A stretch of DNA of 39,742 bases. Origin: a virus. Lineage: Duplodnaviria > Heunggongvirae > Uroviricota > Caudoviricetes. The DNA lies in IMG/VR virus record IMGVR_UViG_3300048850_000064, positions 1 to 39,742 of that record, one strand, 5' to 3'. The notes under the pieces were generated by a model that was given only the letters and a program-made list of their open reading frames with translations, was not told the DNA's origin and searched no databases. The position numbers and the translations under genes were made by a program. This document shows, piece by piece, positions 32,042 to 39,742 of the stretch. The number at the start of each line of letters is the position of its first letter. Within the stretch, counting starts at the first letter, position 1.

Positions 32042-33274
32042 ATGGCCGACGCTGCCGAACTGAACGACGACCCGATTATCTGCCAGATTGACAATCAGAA
32101 GTGCCATTCGATCCAGCTTCACATTTCCAAATATCATTCGGAGGAATGGACCCTCGAGCGCTACAAGGCCGAGTATCCGGGCGCTCCGCTCCTGTCGGAA
32201 AAAGCCAAGCGCCGCATCGCCGAGCAGCGCGCCGCGAAAGCCGCCGGCTCCTCCCACGAGGAGGCTGTCGCCATGCGTAAGGCCTATTTCCACGAGCTGT
32301 TCGATCTTGGCACCAAGGCCAAGGCCGCCTTCAACAAGATGGGTCATCCGATCGAAGTGACGGTCGTCGATTCCCATAGCGAGCTGTCGGCGCCCTACAT
32401 CGAGACGGTCAATCCGAACTACGTCTTCAACATCGATCTCACCAAGAAGGTGCTGATCGGCATGGAGCTTCGAAAGCCCGTCTATCTCTGGGGCTATCAC
32501 GGCACCGGCAAGACGACCCTGTTCGAGCAGATCGCCGCCCGCACGCGCCGGCCGTTCATGCGCGTCCAGCACACGATCAACACCGAAGAAAGCCACATCC
32601 TCGGCCAGTATGTCGTGCGCTCCAAGCCCGTCGAGGTCGAGGAGCTCGGCGCCGACGGCAAGATCGTAAAGGTCATCAAGCAGCAGACCGTCACCGAGTT
32701 CCAGCTCGGCCCGCTGCCGCTGGCGATGCTCGAAGGCATGGTCTACTGCGCCGACGAATACGACTTCGCAATGCCGTCGGTCGTCGCCGTCTACCAGTCG
32801 GTGCTCGAGGGCAAGGCGCTCGTCATCAAGGATGCGCCGCCCGAGTATCGCGTGATCAAGCCGCATCCGAACTTCCGCTTCTGCGCGACCGGCAACACCA
32901 ACGGCGTCGGCGACGAGACCGGGCTCTATCAGGGCACCTTGATCCAGAACGCCGCGAACTATTCGCGCTTCGCGATCACCGAAGAGGTGACCTACATGGA
33001 TCCGAAGATCGAGGAGAGCGTCATCGTCGGCCAGGCCGGCATCGATCGCGACGACGCTGCCAAGCTCGTCAAGTTCGCCAAGGATATTCGCACGTCCTTT
33101 GCCGACGGCAAGATCGGCATGACGGTGTCGCCGCGCGAGCTGATCAACGCCGCCGAACTCGGGCTCGTCATGGGCGGTGACTGGACGAGCGGCGTGAAGC
33201 TCGCATTCGCCAACCGTCTGTCGCGCACCGACAAGAAGGTCGTCGAGGAATACGCCCAGAGGATCTTCGGATGA
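32042..33274 (+). CDS. cobS: CobS-like (MoxR-family) AAA+ ATPase with an N-terminal zinc-finger-like domain
   Basis: ATG 32042 after GGAG. YVFN..LTK.V, Walker A GYHGTGKT, Walker B ADEYD, HPNFRF.ATGNT.G.GD..GLY.GT..QN.AN..RF. The symbol denotes the family only. Confidence 0.88.
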   Translation: MADAAELNDDPIICQIDNQKCHSIQLHISKYHSEEWTLERYKAEYPGAPLLSEKAKRRIAEQRAAKAAGSSHEEAVAMRKAYFHELFDLGTKAKAAFNKMGHPIEVTVVDSHSELSAPYIETVNPNYVFNIDLTKKVLIGMELRKPVYLWGYHGTGKTTLFEQIAARTRRPFMRVQHTINTEESHILGQYVVRSKPVEVEELGADGKIVKVIKQQTVTEFQLGPLPLAMLEGMVYCADEYDFAMPSVVAVYQSVLEGKALVIKDAPPEYRVIKPHPNFRFCATGNTNGVGDETGLYQGTLIQNAANYSRFAITEEVTYMDPKIEESVIVGQAGIDRDDAAKLVKFAKDIRTSFADGKIGMTVSPRELINAAELGLVMGGDWTSGVKLAFANRLSRTDKKVVEEYAQRIFG

Positions 33275-33915
33275 TGAACTGGCGCGACAGCGAACGCGCC
33301 GTCAAGGCGTTCTCCCATCGTGTCATGCGTCGGCTCGTTGCAGCCGGCGCGTCCGCCGACCTCGCGCAGGACGTTCGCCAGGAGCTCTGGGTCGCCTGGT
33401 GCATCGCTCGCGATTCCTATCGCGAGGACAGCCCCGCGACCTTCATGACCTATCTGCACAACGGCATGCGCATGCACATCAACACCTGGGCGCGCAGCAA
33501 CGTCAACAAGCGCCATCAGGAGGTCATCGCCTATTCGCTCGATCACTCGGGCGGCCCGGATGACGAAGAGGGCGAGAGCCTGCAGGCGCGCATTGCCTCG
33601 GCTGATCCCACGCCGGACGTCGCGGTGTTCGAAGAGGATCGCTGGCAGAAGTCGATTGCGCTCCTGTCGCCGCGCACCCGGAAGTTCATCGAGCTCCTGC
33701 GCGAGCCGCCGGCCTGCCTGCTCGCCGAGGTCCGCGCGCTCGAGGCCAAGTCCAGCTACGCCAAGAGCAAGGGTGTCTCGATGCCCTTTGCCAATCGGGT
33801 CACCACGACGCTCATCTTCGACGCGATGGGCGCGCCCCGTTCCGAACGACTTCGCATCGCCCGCGAGCTGCGCGAGGTCTCTGAATACATGCAGACCCTA
33901 GAGAACGACATATGA
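33271..33915 (+). CDS. Sigma-70-like transcription factor
   Basis: Region-2-like DVRQELWVAW..A...Y.....ATFMTYL, region-3-like SLD......GESL...IA....TPD, then LSPR. The region 4.2 HTH is not recognisable. Confidence 0.6.
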   Translation: MMNWRDSERAVKAFSHRVMRRLVAAGASADLAQDVRQELWVAWCIARDSYREDSPATFMTYLHNGMRMHINTWARSNVNKRHQEVIAYSLDHSGGPDDEEGESLQARIASADPTPDVAVFEEDRWQKSIALLSPRTRKFIELLREPPACLLAEVRALEAKSSYAKSKGVSMPFANRVTTTLIFDAMGAPRSERLRIARELREVSEYMQTLENDI

Positions 33916-34445
33916 CAACGATTCCGCATTTCGCGCCTGGCTGTTTCGGTTCGGCGCTCGCATTCCAGGAAGATCATTCCGTTTGCCGCGGCTGCAAGTT
34001 CCTGGCCGATTGCAAACCGCTCCACGAGCAGAATCTCGAAACGCTGCGTGTGGCGATGGGGATTACGGAAGCTCCGCGGCGCTTCCAGATGGCCGAGCCG
34101 ACACCGGAAAACCCGACACCGGGCGCGATGGTGCTGCCGAAGAAGGTGATGGAAGAAGCCGAGCGCCTCGATGCGATGGGTCTCGATATCGTCCCGAAGA
34201 TGCAGCGCGGCGAAAACCCCTTCTCGAAGGAGTTCAAGAAATACCTCTATGTCGCCGCGCACATGCTGATGCACGTCAAGGGCGCGCTCAAGCACCAGCA
34301 GATCGCGGCCGCCTATGTCAGCCGCCTCAACTACACGACCAAGACCGCCGACGCTCTGGCGCGCCAGGCCGTCCAGATCTTCCAGCATATCGGCGCGATT
34401 GAGCAGACGCAGACCGGCTACCGGCTGCGCAGGGCGGAAAACTGA
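33912..34445 (+). CDS. Hypothetical protein with an N-terminal 4-Cys motif and possible C-terminal winged helix
   Basis: PGCFG...VCRGC..LADC. The C-terminal helix-helix-wing assignment is a guess from the pattern. Confidence 0.6.
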   Translation: MTTIPHFAPGCFGSALAFQEDHSVCRGCKFLADCKPLHEQNLETLRVAMGITEAPRRFQMAEPTPENPTPGAMVLPKKVMEEAERLDAMGLDIVPKMQRGENPFSKEFKKYLYVAAHMLMHVKGALKHQQIAAAYVSRLNYTTKTADALARQAVQIFQHIGAIEQTQTGYRLRRAEN

Positions 34446-34642
34446 TGGGAACGCGGCTCAAGATTTTCTTCGATTACGAGTCGCGCACAGGTTTCCGCTC
34501 GGACGTCGTCACCTGGGATACGCGCCTGCCCTTCCAGCTTCTGAGTGAGACGGTGCTGCGCGATTTCGAGGAAACGCTGATGAAGCAGACGAAGAGCGTG
34601 GTCGCCTGTCAGGTTATTGATTTTGAAAGGACTTTTCCGTGA
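34445..34642 (+). CDS. Small hypothetical protein
   Basis: 65 aa, TGATG-coupled within the operon. Confidence 0.55.
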   Translation: MGTRLKIFFDYESRTGFRSDVVTWDTRLPFQLLSETVLRDFEETLMKQTKSVVACQVIDFERTFP

Positions 34643-34815
34643 GCCACAAATATCTGGTCAGCTACTTTCACAAGTTCGGACAGGGTCGGACCTTCGTGAC
34701 CTGCAAAGAGCCGATCGACACCGAGGAGCGTGTCATTGAGGTCGAACGCTCGATCTCCAAGATCAACAACTCCGAACTCGTCGGCATCATCAATATCATT
34801 CCTATGAGGGGCTAA
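34639..34815 (+). CDS. Small hypothetical protein (58 aa; not in the supplied ORF track)
   Basis: GTG at 34639 after GAAAGGA, reading MSHKYLVSYFHKFGQGRTF...NIIPMRG to TAA 34813-34815. Fills the gap before dnaE. Confidence 0.55.
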   Translation: MSHKYLVSYFHKFGQGRTFVTCKEPIDTEERVIEVERSISKINNSELVGIINIIPMRG

Positions 34816-34817
34816 CC

Positions 34818-37800
34818 ATGCACTCCGTTCTTGCCGCACGCACCGACTTCTCGATCGGCGAATCGATCCTGTCGCCCGAAAAGCTCGTCGAGGAAGCTGT
34901 CCGGGTCGGTGCAAAGGCTGTCGCGCTGACCGACACGATGACCGTCACCGGTATGATCGACTTTACCAACCGCGCCAAGAAGGCCGGCATCAAGCCGATC
35001 ATCGGCGTCCGCCTGCGCCTGGTCGACGATCCGCTCTACCGCCCGCCCAAGGGTGAGAAGAAGAAAACACCGCCTTCCTATTTCCTGACCGCCTATGTGC
35101 TGAAGGAAGCCGGTCTGCATTCGATCTTCCGGATGCTGACGCTTGCCAATTCCGGCGACACGGTCGATCCCGCGACGGGCGACAAGATCCCTGGCCGCTT
35201 CTATTACGAGAGCAAGCTCGGTTTCGAGGATCTCTACCAGGAGCTCGACAAGCTCGAGCCCGGCGACCTGGCCTTCACGCTTGGCGAGACGAATGGCGTC
35301 ATCGGTCATCCGAAGGTCGGTGAGATTGCCGCTGAGATTATAGGTCGTGGCTTCGCCCTCTATGCGCCTATGGTGCCGGTCGACACGCCCTATTTCGCGC
35401 GCGTCAACGAGCTCGGTATGCAGATGATCGAGAGCTCGATGGGGCTGATCGCGCCACTCGTCGTGCGCCCTGCCCTCTACGAAGACGGCGCGGCCGACGC
35501 GCTCGATATCATGAAGGCGGTGACCTCGAACACGGCGGTCGGCTCGATGTGGCACCGCTCGCCCTATAACCGCGACTTCCATGTCATCGGCGAGGCCGAG
35601 CTCAAGGCGGAAGTTCTGAAAGCGGCCAAGCGGCTCAAGGATCGCGAGAATGACGGCTCCGGCTCGATCTTTCTGGCGGCTCTCAAGAACACCGTCGAAC
35701 TCGTTGATATGGTTGAATATCAGTGGGACAAGCAGCCGGTGTCGCTGCCGAAAATGGCCGATGACGAGTTCGTCGAGGTCAAGCGCCAGTGCATGGAAGG
35801 TTGGAAGGAGCGCTTCAAGGTCGACGTCTTCGGCCATCGCCCGAGTTCCGAGGAGCTCGCCGAGGTCTATATCCCGCGCCTCAAATACGAGCTGGAGACC
35901 CTCAAGAAACTCAGCTTCTCCGGATATTTTCTGCTCGTAAAGGATGTGGTGAGCTATGCTAAATCGAATGGCATTCTGGTCGGCCCTGGCCGTGGTTCTG
36001 TGGGCGGTTCTCTGGTTGCCTATCTGATGGGCATCACGGACTGCGATCCGATCCGCTTCGGCTTGCTGTTCGAACGCTTCATCAACCCCGACCGTATCGA
36101 CCTGCCCGATATCGACCTCGACTTCATGTCGGAACGCCGGCACGAAATCATCGAATACCTGGTCGACAAATACGGCCAGGGCCGGGTCGCCGGCGTGTCG
36201 AACTTCTCCGCACTCCAGGCCGCGTCCTCGATCCGTGATATCGGCCGCGTCATGGGCATGAGCGAGCGGGACACGCGCTGTTCGAAGATGACGCCCAAGG
36301 CGCACGGCGCGCATATTCCGCTGATCGAATGCGCCAAGATGGTCCCGGACATCCAGGAGTTTGCCGACAAGCACGAGCCGCTCTGGAACATCATGACACG
36401 GCTTGAAGGCACGATGCGCAATTACGGCCAGCACGCGGCCGGCGTCATCGTCTCTGGCTGCGACCTGGTCGAGCGCGGCGTCATCGAGCGGCGCAAGGAA
36501 GGCGCTGTCGTCAACTGGGACAAGCGCATCGTCGAGGACATGGGCCTGGTCAAGATGGACGTGCTCGGTCTCTCCACGCTCGACCTGATCAAGCTGACGC
36601 TCGATTATATCCGCGAGCGGCATGGCAAGCGGGTCAATCTCATGCGCATCCCGCTCGACGACAAGGACGTGCTCGAGAACTTCGCCAAGGGCCTGACGAC
36701 CGGCGTCTTCCAGTTCGAATCGGGCGGCATGCGACGCCTGCTCAAGGAGCTCGGCTCCGACGGCACGATCACCTTCGACGATATCACGGCCGCGACCGCA
36801 CTCTATCGTCCCGGCCCGATGGAGTCCGGCATGATGGATAGCTACTATCTGCGCAAGCAGGGGCGCGAAATGGTCGAATACGACCATCCGAACATGGAGC
36901 CGATCCTCTCACCGACCTTCGGCGTCATGGTCTACCAGGAGCAGGTCATGCAGGTGGCGCGCGAGATCGCCGGCTACTCTGCGCCCGACGCCGACAAGCT
37001 GCGCAAGATCATGGGCAAGAAATTGCCCGAGGAGATGAAGAAGGAGCGCGGCAAGTTCGTCGAAGGCTGCGTCAAGACGATCGGCTGTGACGAGCATTGG
37101 GCCGGCGCTCTGTTCGACAAGATCGAAGGCTTCGCCGGCTACGGCTTCAACAAGAGTCACTCGGTCGAATACACGCTGATCTCCTATCAGTCGATGTGGT
37201 TGAAGGTGAACTATCCGGTCGAGTTCTTCGCCGCGGCGCTGACGCTGATGGACGAGGACAAGCTGCCCGGCATCATTCGCGACGCCGAGCGCTTCGGCAT
37301 CGACGTCTCCATGCCCGATATCAATATCTCGACCGATCGCTTCGAGATCGCCACGTCGACACGCCTGGTCATTCCGTTCAAGCGCATCAAGGGTGTCGGG
37401 CCGAAGGCCGTCGAGGCGATCCTCGAGGCGCGCAAGGGTGGCCAGTTCACGACGAAGGTTGATTTCGTCGAGCGTGTCAACAAGACCAGGGTCAACGTCA
37501 AGGTGCGCGATCTGCTCGACCGCGTCGGTGCCTTCTGCCGCATCGAGCCTGGCGCCAAACCGGCGAAGGATCCCAGCCGGATCCGCGACCTGATCGAGCT
37601 GATCCCCGGCCTGATCACCGACGCGGTGCCGGTCGATCACGACATGTTCGCCGACAAGGTGACGCGCGAGGAGATCAAGGCGCTGATCGAGGAGGTTGCT
37701 GAGGCGCATGGGCCGATGTCGGAAAATCCCGACGGCAAGATCGTCAAGCCGCTGTTTGGCAAGAATGCCCGCTTTATGATCGTCACCGACGCGCCGACGA

Positions 37801-38216
37801 CCCAGGAAGAGGATCTCGGCAAGATGTCCTTCGGCATTCAGATGGCCTGTGTCATCGACGCGCTGAGCGAACACACGCTGGCGCGCGAGGACGCCTACTG
37901 GACCTCGCTGATCAAACGGCCGAAATCCGAGAAGCAGGTGACGGCCGAGGAGATTGCGCTCTACCGGCCCTATTTCGAGCGCGAGCTGGAGATCCTGAAA
38001 CCTCCGATCATTGTGCTGCTCGGCAGCCAGACGGTGCGCCACTTCATTCCCGACTTCAAGGGTAAGGCGTCCGAGGCGGCCGGCAAGATCGTCTATTCGA
38101 AGGAATACGACGCCAACCTGGTCATCGGATTCTCGCCGGGCGAAATCTATTTCGACGCCAGCAAGCAGAAGCTGATGGAAGATGTCTTCCACTCGGTCAT
38201 GGATTTGCTGCCATGA
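34818..38216 (+). CDS. dnaE: DNA polymerase III alpha-like (family C) with a C-terminal UDG-family-4-like domain
   Basis: PGRGSVGGSLVAY, LLFERF.NP.R..LPDIDLDF, HAAGVI, KMDVLGL, GVFQFES, ALYRPGP, VYQEQVM, YGFNKSH. The PHP His ligands are degenerate. UDG-like domain at about 37746-38213. Confidence 0.95.
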   Translation: MHSVLAARTDFSIGESILSPEKLVEEAVRVGAKAVALTDTMTVTGMIDFTNRAKKAGIKPIIGVRLRLVDDPLYRPPKGEKKKTPPSYFLTAYVLKEAGLHSIFRMLTLANSGDTVDPATGDKIPGRFYYESKLGFEDLYQELDKLEPGDLAFTLGETNGVIGHPKVGEIAAEIIGRGFALYAPMVPVDTPYFARVNELGMQMIESSMGLIAPLVVRPALYEDGAADALDIMKAVTSNTAVGSMWHRSPYNRDFHVIGEAELKAEVLKAAKRLKDRENDGSGSIFLAALKNTVELVDMVEYQWDKQPVSLPKMADDEFVEVKRQCMEGWKERFKVDVFGHRPSSEELAEVYIPRLKYELETLKKLSFSGYFLLVKDVVSYAKSNGILVGPGRGSVGGSLVAYLMGITDCDPIRFGLLFERFINPDRIDLPDIDLDFMSERRHEIIEYLVDKYGQGRVAGVSNFSALQAASSIRDIGRVMGMSERDTRCSKMTPKAHGAHIPLIECAKMVPDIQEFADKHEPLWNIMTRLEGTMRNYGQHAAGVIVSGCDLVERGVIERRKEGAVVNWDKRIVEDMGLVKMDVLGLSTLDLIKLTLDYIRERHGKRVNLMRIPLDDKDVLENFAKGLTTGVFQFESGGMRRLLKELGSDGTITFDDITAATALYRPGPMESGMMDSYYLRKQGREMVEYDHPNMEPILSPTFGVMVYQEQVMQVAREIAGYSAPDADKLRKIMGKKLPEEMKKERGKFVEGCVKTIGCDEHWAGALFDKIEGFAGYGFNKSHSVEYTLISYQSMWLKVNYPVEFFAAALTLMDEDKLPGIIRDAERFGIDVSMPDINISTDRFEIATSTRLVIPFKRIKGVGPKAVEAILEARKGGQFTTKVDFVERVNKTRVNVKVRDLLDRVGAFCRIEPGAKPAKDPSRIRDLIELIPGLITDAVPVDHDMFADKVTREEIKALIEEVAEAHGPMSENPDGKIVKPLFGKNARFMIVTDAPTTQEEDLGKMSFGIQMACVIDALSEHTLAREDAYWTSLIKRPKSEKQVTAEEIALYRPYFERELEILKPPIIVLLGSQTVRHFIPDFKGKASEAAGKIVYSKEYDANLVIGFSPGEIYFDASKQKLMEDVFHSVMDLLP

Positions 38217-38491
38217 GCTTCACGATCAAAATGGTAAAGACCGTGCGGGTGCGCGGTCAACACACCCTGCGCAAGGGCGAGATCCTCGCGGCTGAAATGG
38301 GCGTCGATGACTATGAGAAGCCGATCTGGCTGATCCATATGAACGGCATGCTTAGCGAGCTGCCGGCCGAGGATGCCGAGCTTGTCGAGACCCCTGCCCT
38401 CGCCGCGGTCGATGAAGTCGATCTGGACGTCGAGGAGATGATTCGCTCGGTCAATCCCTACGCCAACAATCCAAACTACGGGAGATTTTGA
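38213..38491 (+). CDS. Hypothetical protein with shared C-terminal motif
   Basis: ATGA overlap with the dnaE stop. Ends YANNPNYGRF. Confidence 0.6.
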   Translation: MSFTIKMVKTVRVRGQHTLRKGEILAAEMGVDDYEKPIWLIHMNGMLSELPAEDAELVETPALAAVDEVDLDVEEMIRSVNPYANNPNYGRF

Positions 38492-38778
38492 TGACCCTCA
38501 CCCTTGTCCAGAAAATCGCTCGCATCCGCGAGCTGGCCCTCGAGAAGGGCTACAACGACGAGTTCATCCTATCCGGTATGGATTACAAAGACGGTCATTG
38601 GGATCCTGTTGCCAAGAGACAGGTATATGCCGAGGTCGAAACGCCGCACTGGCGGGCCGGCGTATCGAATCCCGTGGGCGCCGTGTGCTTGGGTGAAAGC
38701 GAGCCCGAGATAGACTTCGAGAGCGACACGATCGAAGGTGCGATCGACGGTCTGCTCGCCAAGATGGAGGAACTGTGA
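38488..38778 (+). CDS. Hypothetical protein
   Basis: Overlapping start/stop coupling, 96 aa. Confidence 0.55.
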   Translation: MMTLTLVQKIARIRELALEKGYNDEFILSGMDYKDGHWDPVAKRQVYAEVETPHWRAGVSNPVGAVCLGESEPEIDFESDTIEGAIDGLLAKMEEL

Positions 38779-39068
38779 TGGAAATCGGCGTCATTGAAGG
38801 TGCAACGGCCGTCGCCGGCGAGAAACAGGGTTATCAGCCCCTCCCCTTGCGCCAGGTCATGCTCAACTGCACGGTCAACGGCGAAGGCACGCCGGCCATT
38901 CAGTCGGCCTGGCAGCCGACGACCGACGAGGTCATGCGCCTGTTTGAGGGCGCGCCGATCATTCTCACCATCATCGGCACGCGCCAGCCGCCGGTCCTGC
39001 TCGAGGTCGGTGAACCGCCGGCAAAAGATGAAAACCGTGAGAGCTCCGATTCATTTTCTGCTATATAG
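38778..39068 (+). CDS. Small phage hypothetical protein
   Basis: ATG 38778 after GGAGG. SAW.PT.DE...L..GAPI.L.IIG..QPPV.L.V resembles a widespread uncharacterised phage family. Confidence 0.6.
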   Translation: MEIGVIEGATAVAGEKQGYQPLPLRQVMLNCTVNGEGTPAIQSAWQPTTDEVMRLFEGAPIILTIIGTRQPPVLLEVGEPPAKDENRESSDSFSAI

Positions 39069-39087
39069 TCAGTCATTACTGAATGAC
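39059..39087 (+). promoter_or_regulatory. TGCTATATA -10 immediately followed by an operator
   Basis: TGCTATATA (39059-39067) overlapping AGTCAGTCA-TTAC-TGAATGAC (39067-39087). Confidence 0.65.
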
Positions 39088-39098
39088 AGGGAACGACG

Positions 39099-39608
39099 AT
39101 GACCGAAGTGAGAAGATTTAAGGTCAGGCAGTTCATCGAATCTGCCGAGCTGCGCAAGGATACATCCATCAACCCGCTGGATCTCAGCGACGGCATGATG
39201 CAGCAGGCGTCCCTGTTCAGCCACTACGGCGAGCTTGCCGCAAAGGCTGCCCGCCAGGTCGACGACGTCAAGCTCCTTCTCGAGAACACCGAGGCGGCCG
39301 TCTATCGCAAGCTGCGCGACGACTTCGCCGGAAGGGGCGAGAAGGTGACGGAAGCCCAGCTCGAGAAGCTGGTGACGCGACACGAACAGGTGATCGCGAT
39401 GAAGAAGGCCTTGAACGAGGCCAAGCAGATCGAGGCCGTCGCCAAGACCGCCGTCGAGGCCCTCAGACAGCGCAAGGACATGCTCGTCCAGCTCGGCGCC
39501 CATGAGCGCGAGGAGCTGAAAGGCGAGCTGATCATGCGTGGCCGCGAGGCACGCGAGGCCGATGCCAAGGATTTTCTGCTGCGCCGCGCCGCAGCCGGAA
39601 ACGAGTGA
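39099..39608 (+). CDS. UvsY-like recombination mediator
   Basis: LRKDTSINPLDLSDGMMQQASLFSHY resembles the T4 UvsY N-terminus (LKKDVFIDSTKLQYEAANNVMLYSKW). All-helical, with a C-terminal ALRQRKDML motif. Confidence 0.55.
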   Translation: MTEVRRFKVRQFIESAELRKDTSINPLDLSDGMMQQASLFSHYGELAAKAARQVDDVKLLLENTEAAVYRKLRDDFAGRGEKVTEAQLEKLVTRHEQVIAMKKALNEAKQIEAVAKTAVEALRQRKDMLVQLGAHEREELKGELIMRGREAREADAKDFLLRRAAAGNE

Positions 39609-39634
39609 AGTAACCCCAACCCCAAGGAAAGCCC

Positions 39635-39742
39635 ATGATGAAACTGGTCAAAGCCTTCTTCGCCCTTCTGCGCCGCATCGCCGGTCTCGAGGACGACATC
39701 GAGAAGATCGTCAAGCCGATCACCGACATCGTCGACAAGCTC
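39635..39742 (+). CDS. Hypothetical protein, 3'-truncated by the window edge
   Basis: AAGGAAA RBS, MMKLVKAFFALLRRIAGLEDDIEKIVKP..., open to the end of the window. Confidence 0.55.
   Translation, partial: MMKLVKAFFALLRRIAGLEDDIEKIVKPITDIVDKL

Larger units (their letters stand above)
1..39742. mobile_element. Internal segment of a temperate siphovirus-type phage that probably replicates as a plasmid (phage-plasmid)
   Basis: Lambda-like tail tip genes, a lysis cassette, a phage replication module and a plasmid-type repC replicon with ctRNA lie in one continuous, co-regulated block. No integrase, attachment junction or host housekeeping operon is in the window. Confidence 0.85.

Noticed and set aside
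29212-33274. Cobalamin biosynthesis role for cobT/cobS
   Set aside because: No cobN or other cob genes are present. The phage context, HExxH/IPT additions and zinc-finger-like N-terminus point to a MoxR-VWA remodeller.
35920-36030. AT-rich patch with GCTATGCT inside dnaE as an internal promoter
   Set aside because: No operator, no nearby downstream start, and only a partial motif match. Too weak to call without TSS data.
34812-38192. Long minus-strand ORFs opposite dnaE (34812-36887, 36909-38192), and a possible intein or intron in dnaE
   Set aside because: The ORFs are shadow frames. The polymerase motifs follow in normal order and spacing, with no intein C1 or HN-C junction or homing-endonuclease insert seen.
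2365-39087. CRISPR array or iteron interpretation of the AGTCA/TGACT repeats
   Set aside because: The copies are dispersed singly or in pairs at operon junctions, not regularly spaced with unique spacers. No cas genes are present.

Overview
This window is a continuous segment of a temperate tailed phage genome from an alphaproteobacterial, probably rhizobial, host (GC-rich, roughly 60-65% by eye). It is most likely a phage-plasmid. Left half (1-19034): the 3' part of a tape measure gene, a lambda-like tail tip set (M, L, K, I, J), small tail-tip accessory genes, a lysis cassette (two membrane proteins, a TIGR02594-type peptidase endolysin, Rz/Rz1), a T5 A1-like phosphoesterase-fold protein and a cassette of short fibre-like genes. 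Right half: PhoH, a small Hfq/Sm-like protein, a DnaB-like helicase, a primase, a WGR-domain protein and an ATP-dependent ligase. These are followed by a stand-alone repC replicon on the minus strand (RHH gene, antisense ctRNA, dif-like site), an XRE-type repressor candidate, a CobT/CobS-like VWA/AAA+ pair, a sigma-70-like protein, a DnaE polymerase with a C-terminal UDG-like domain and a UvsY-like protein. At least 15 copies of a palindromic operator (AGTCA-N4-TGACT) mark the operon junctions. The most striking unexplained signal is a predicted ~90-nt small RNA (about 26507-26595). Its single-stranded UUGUGUCUC core is complementary to the leaders of the cobS-like gene, the WGR/ligase operon and the repressor, and the same element encodes its own Hfq-like protein. 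All calls come from reading the sequence and recalling protein motifs; no database searches or folding calculations were run.
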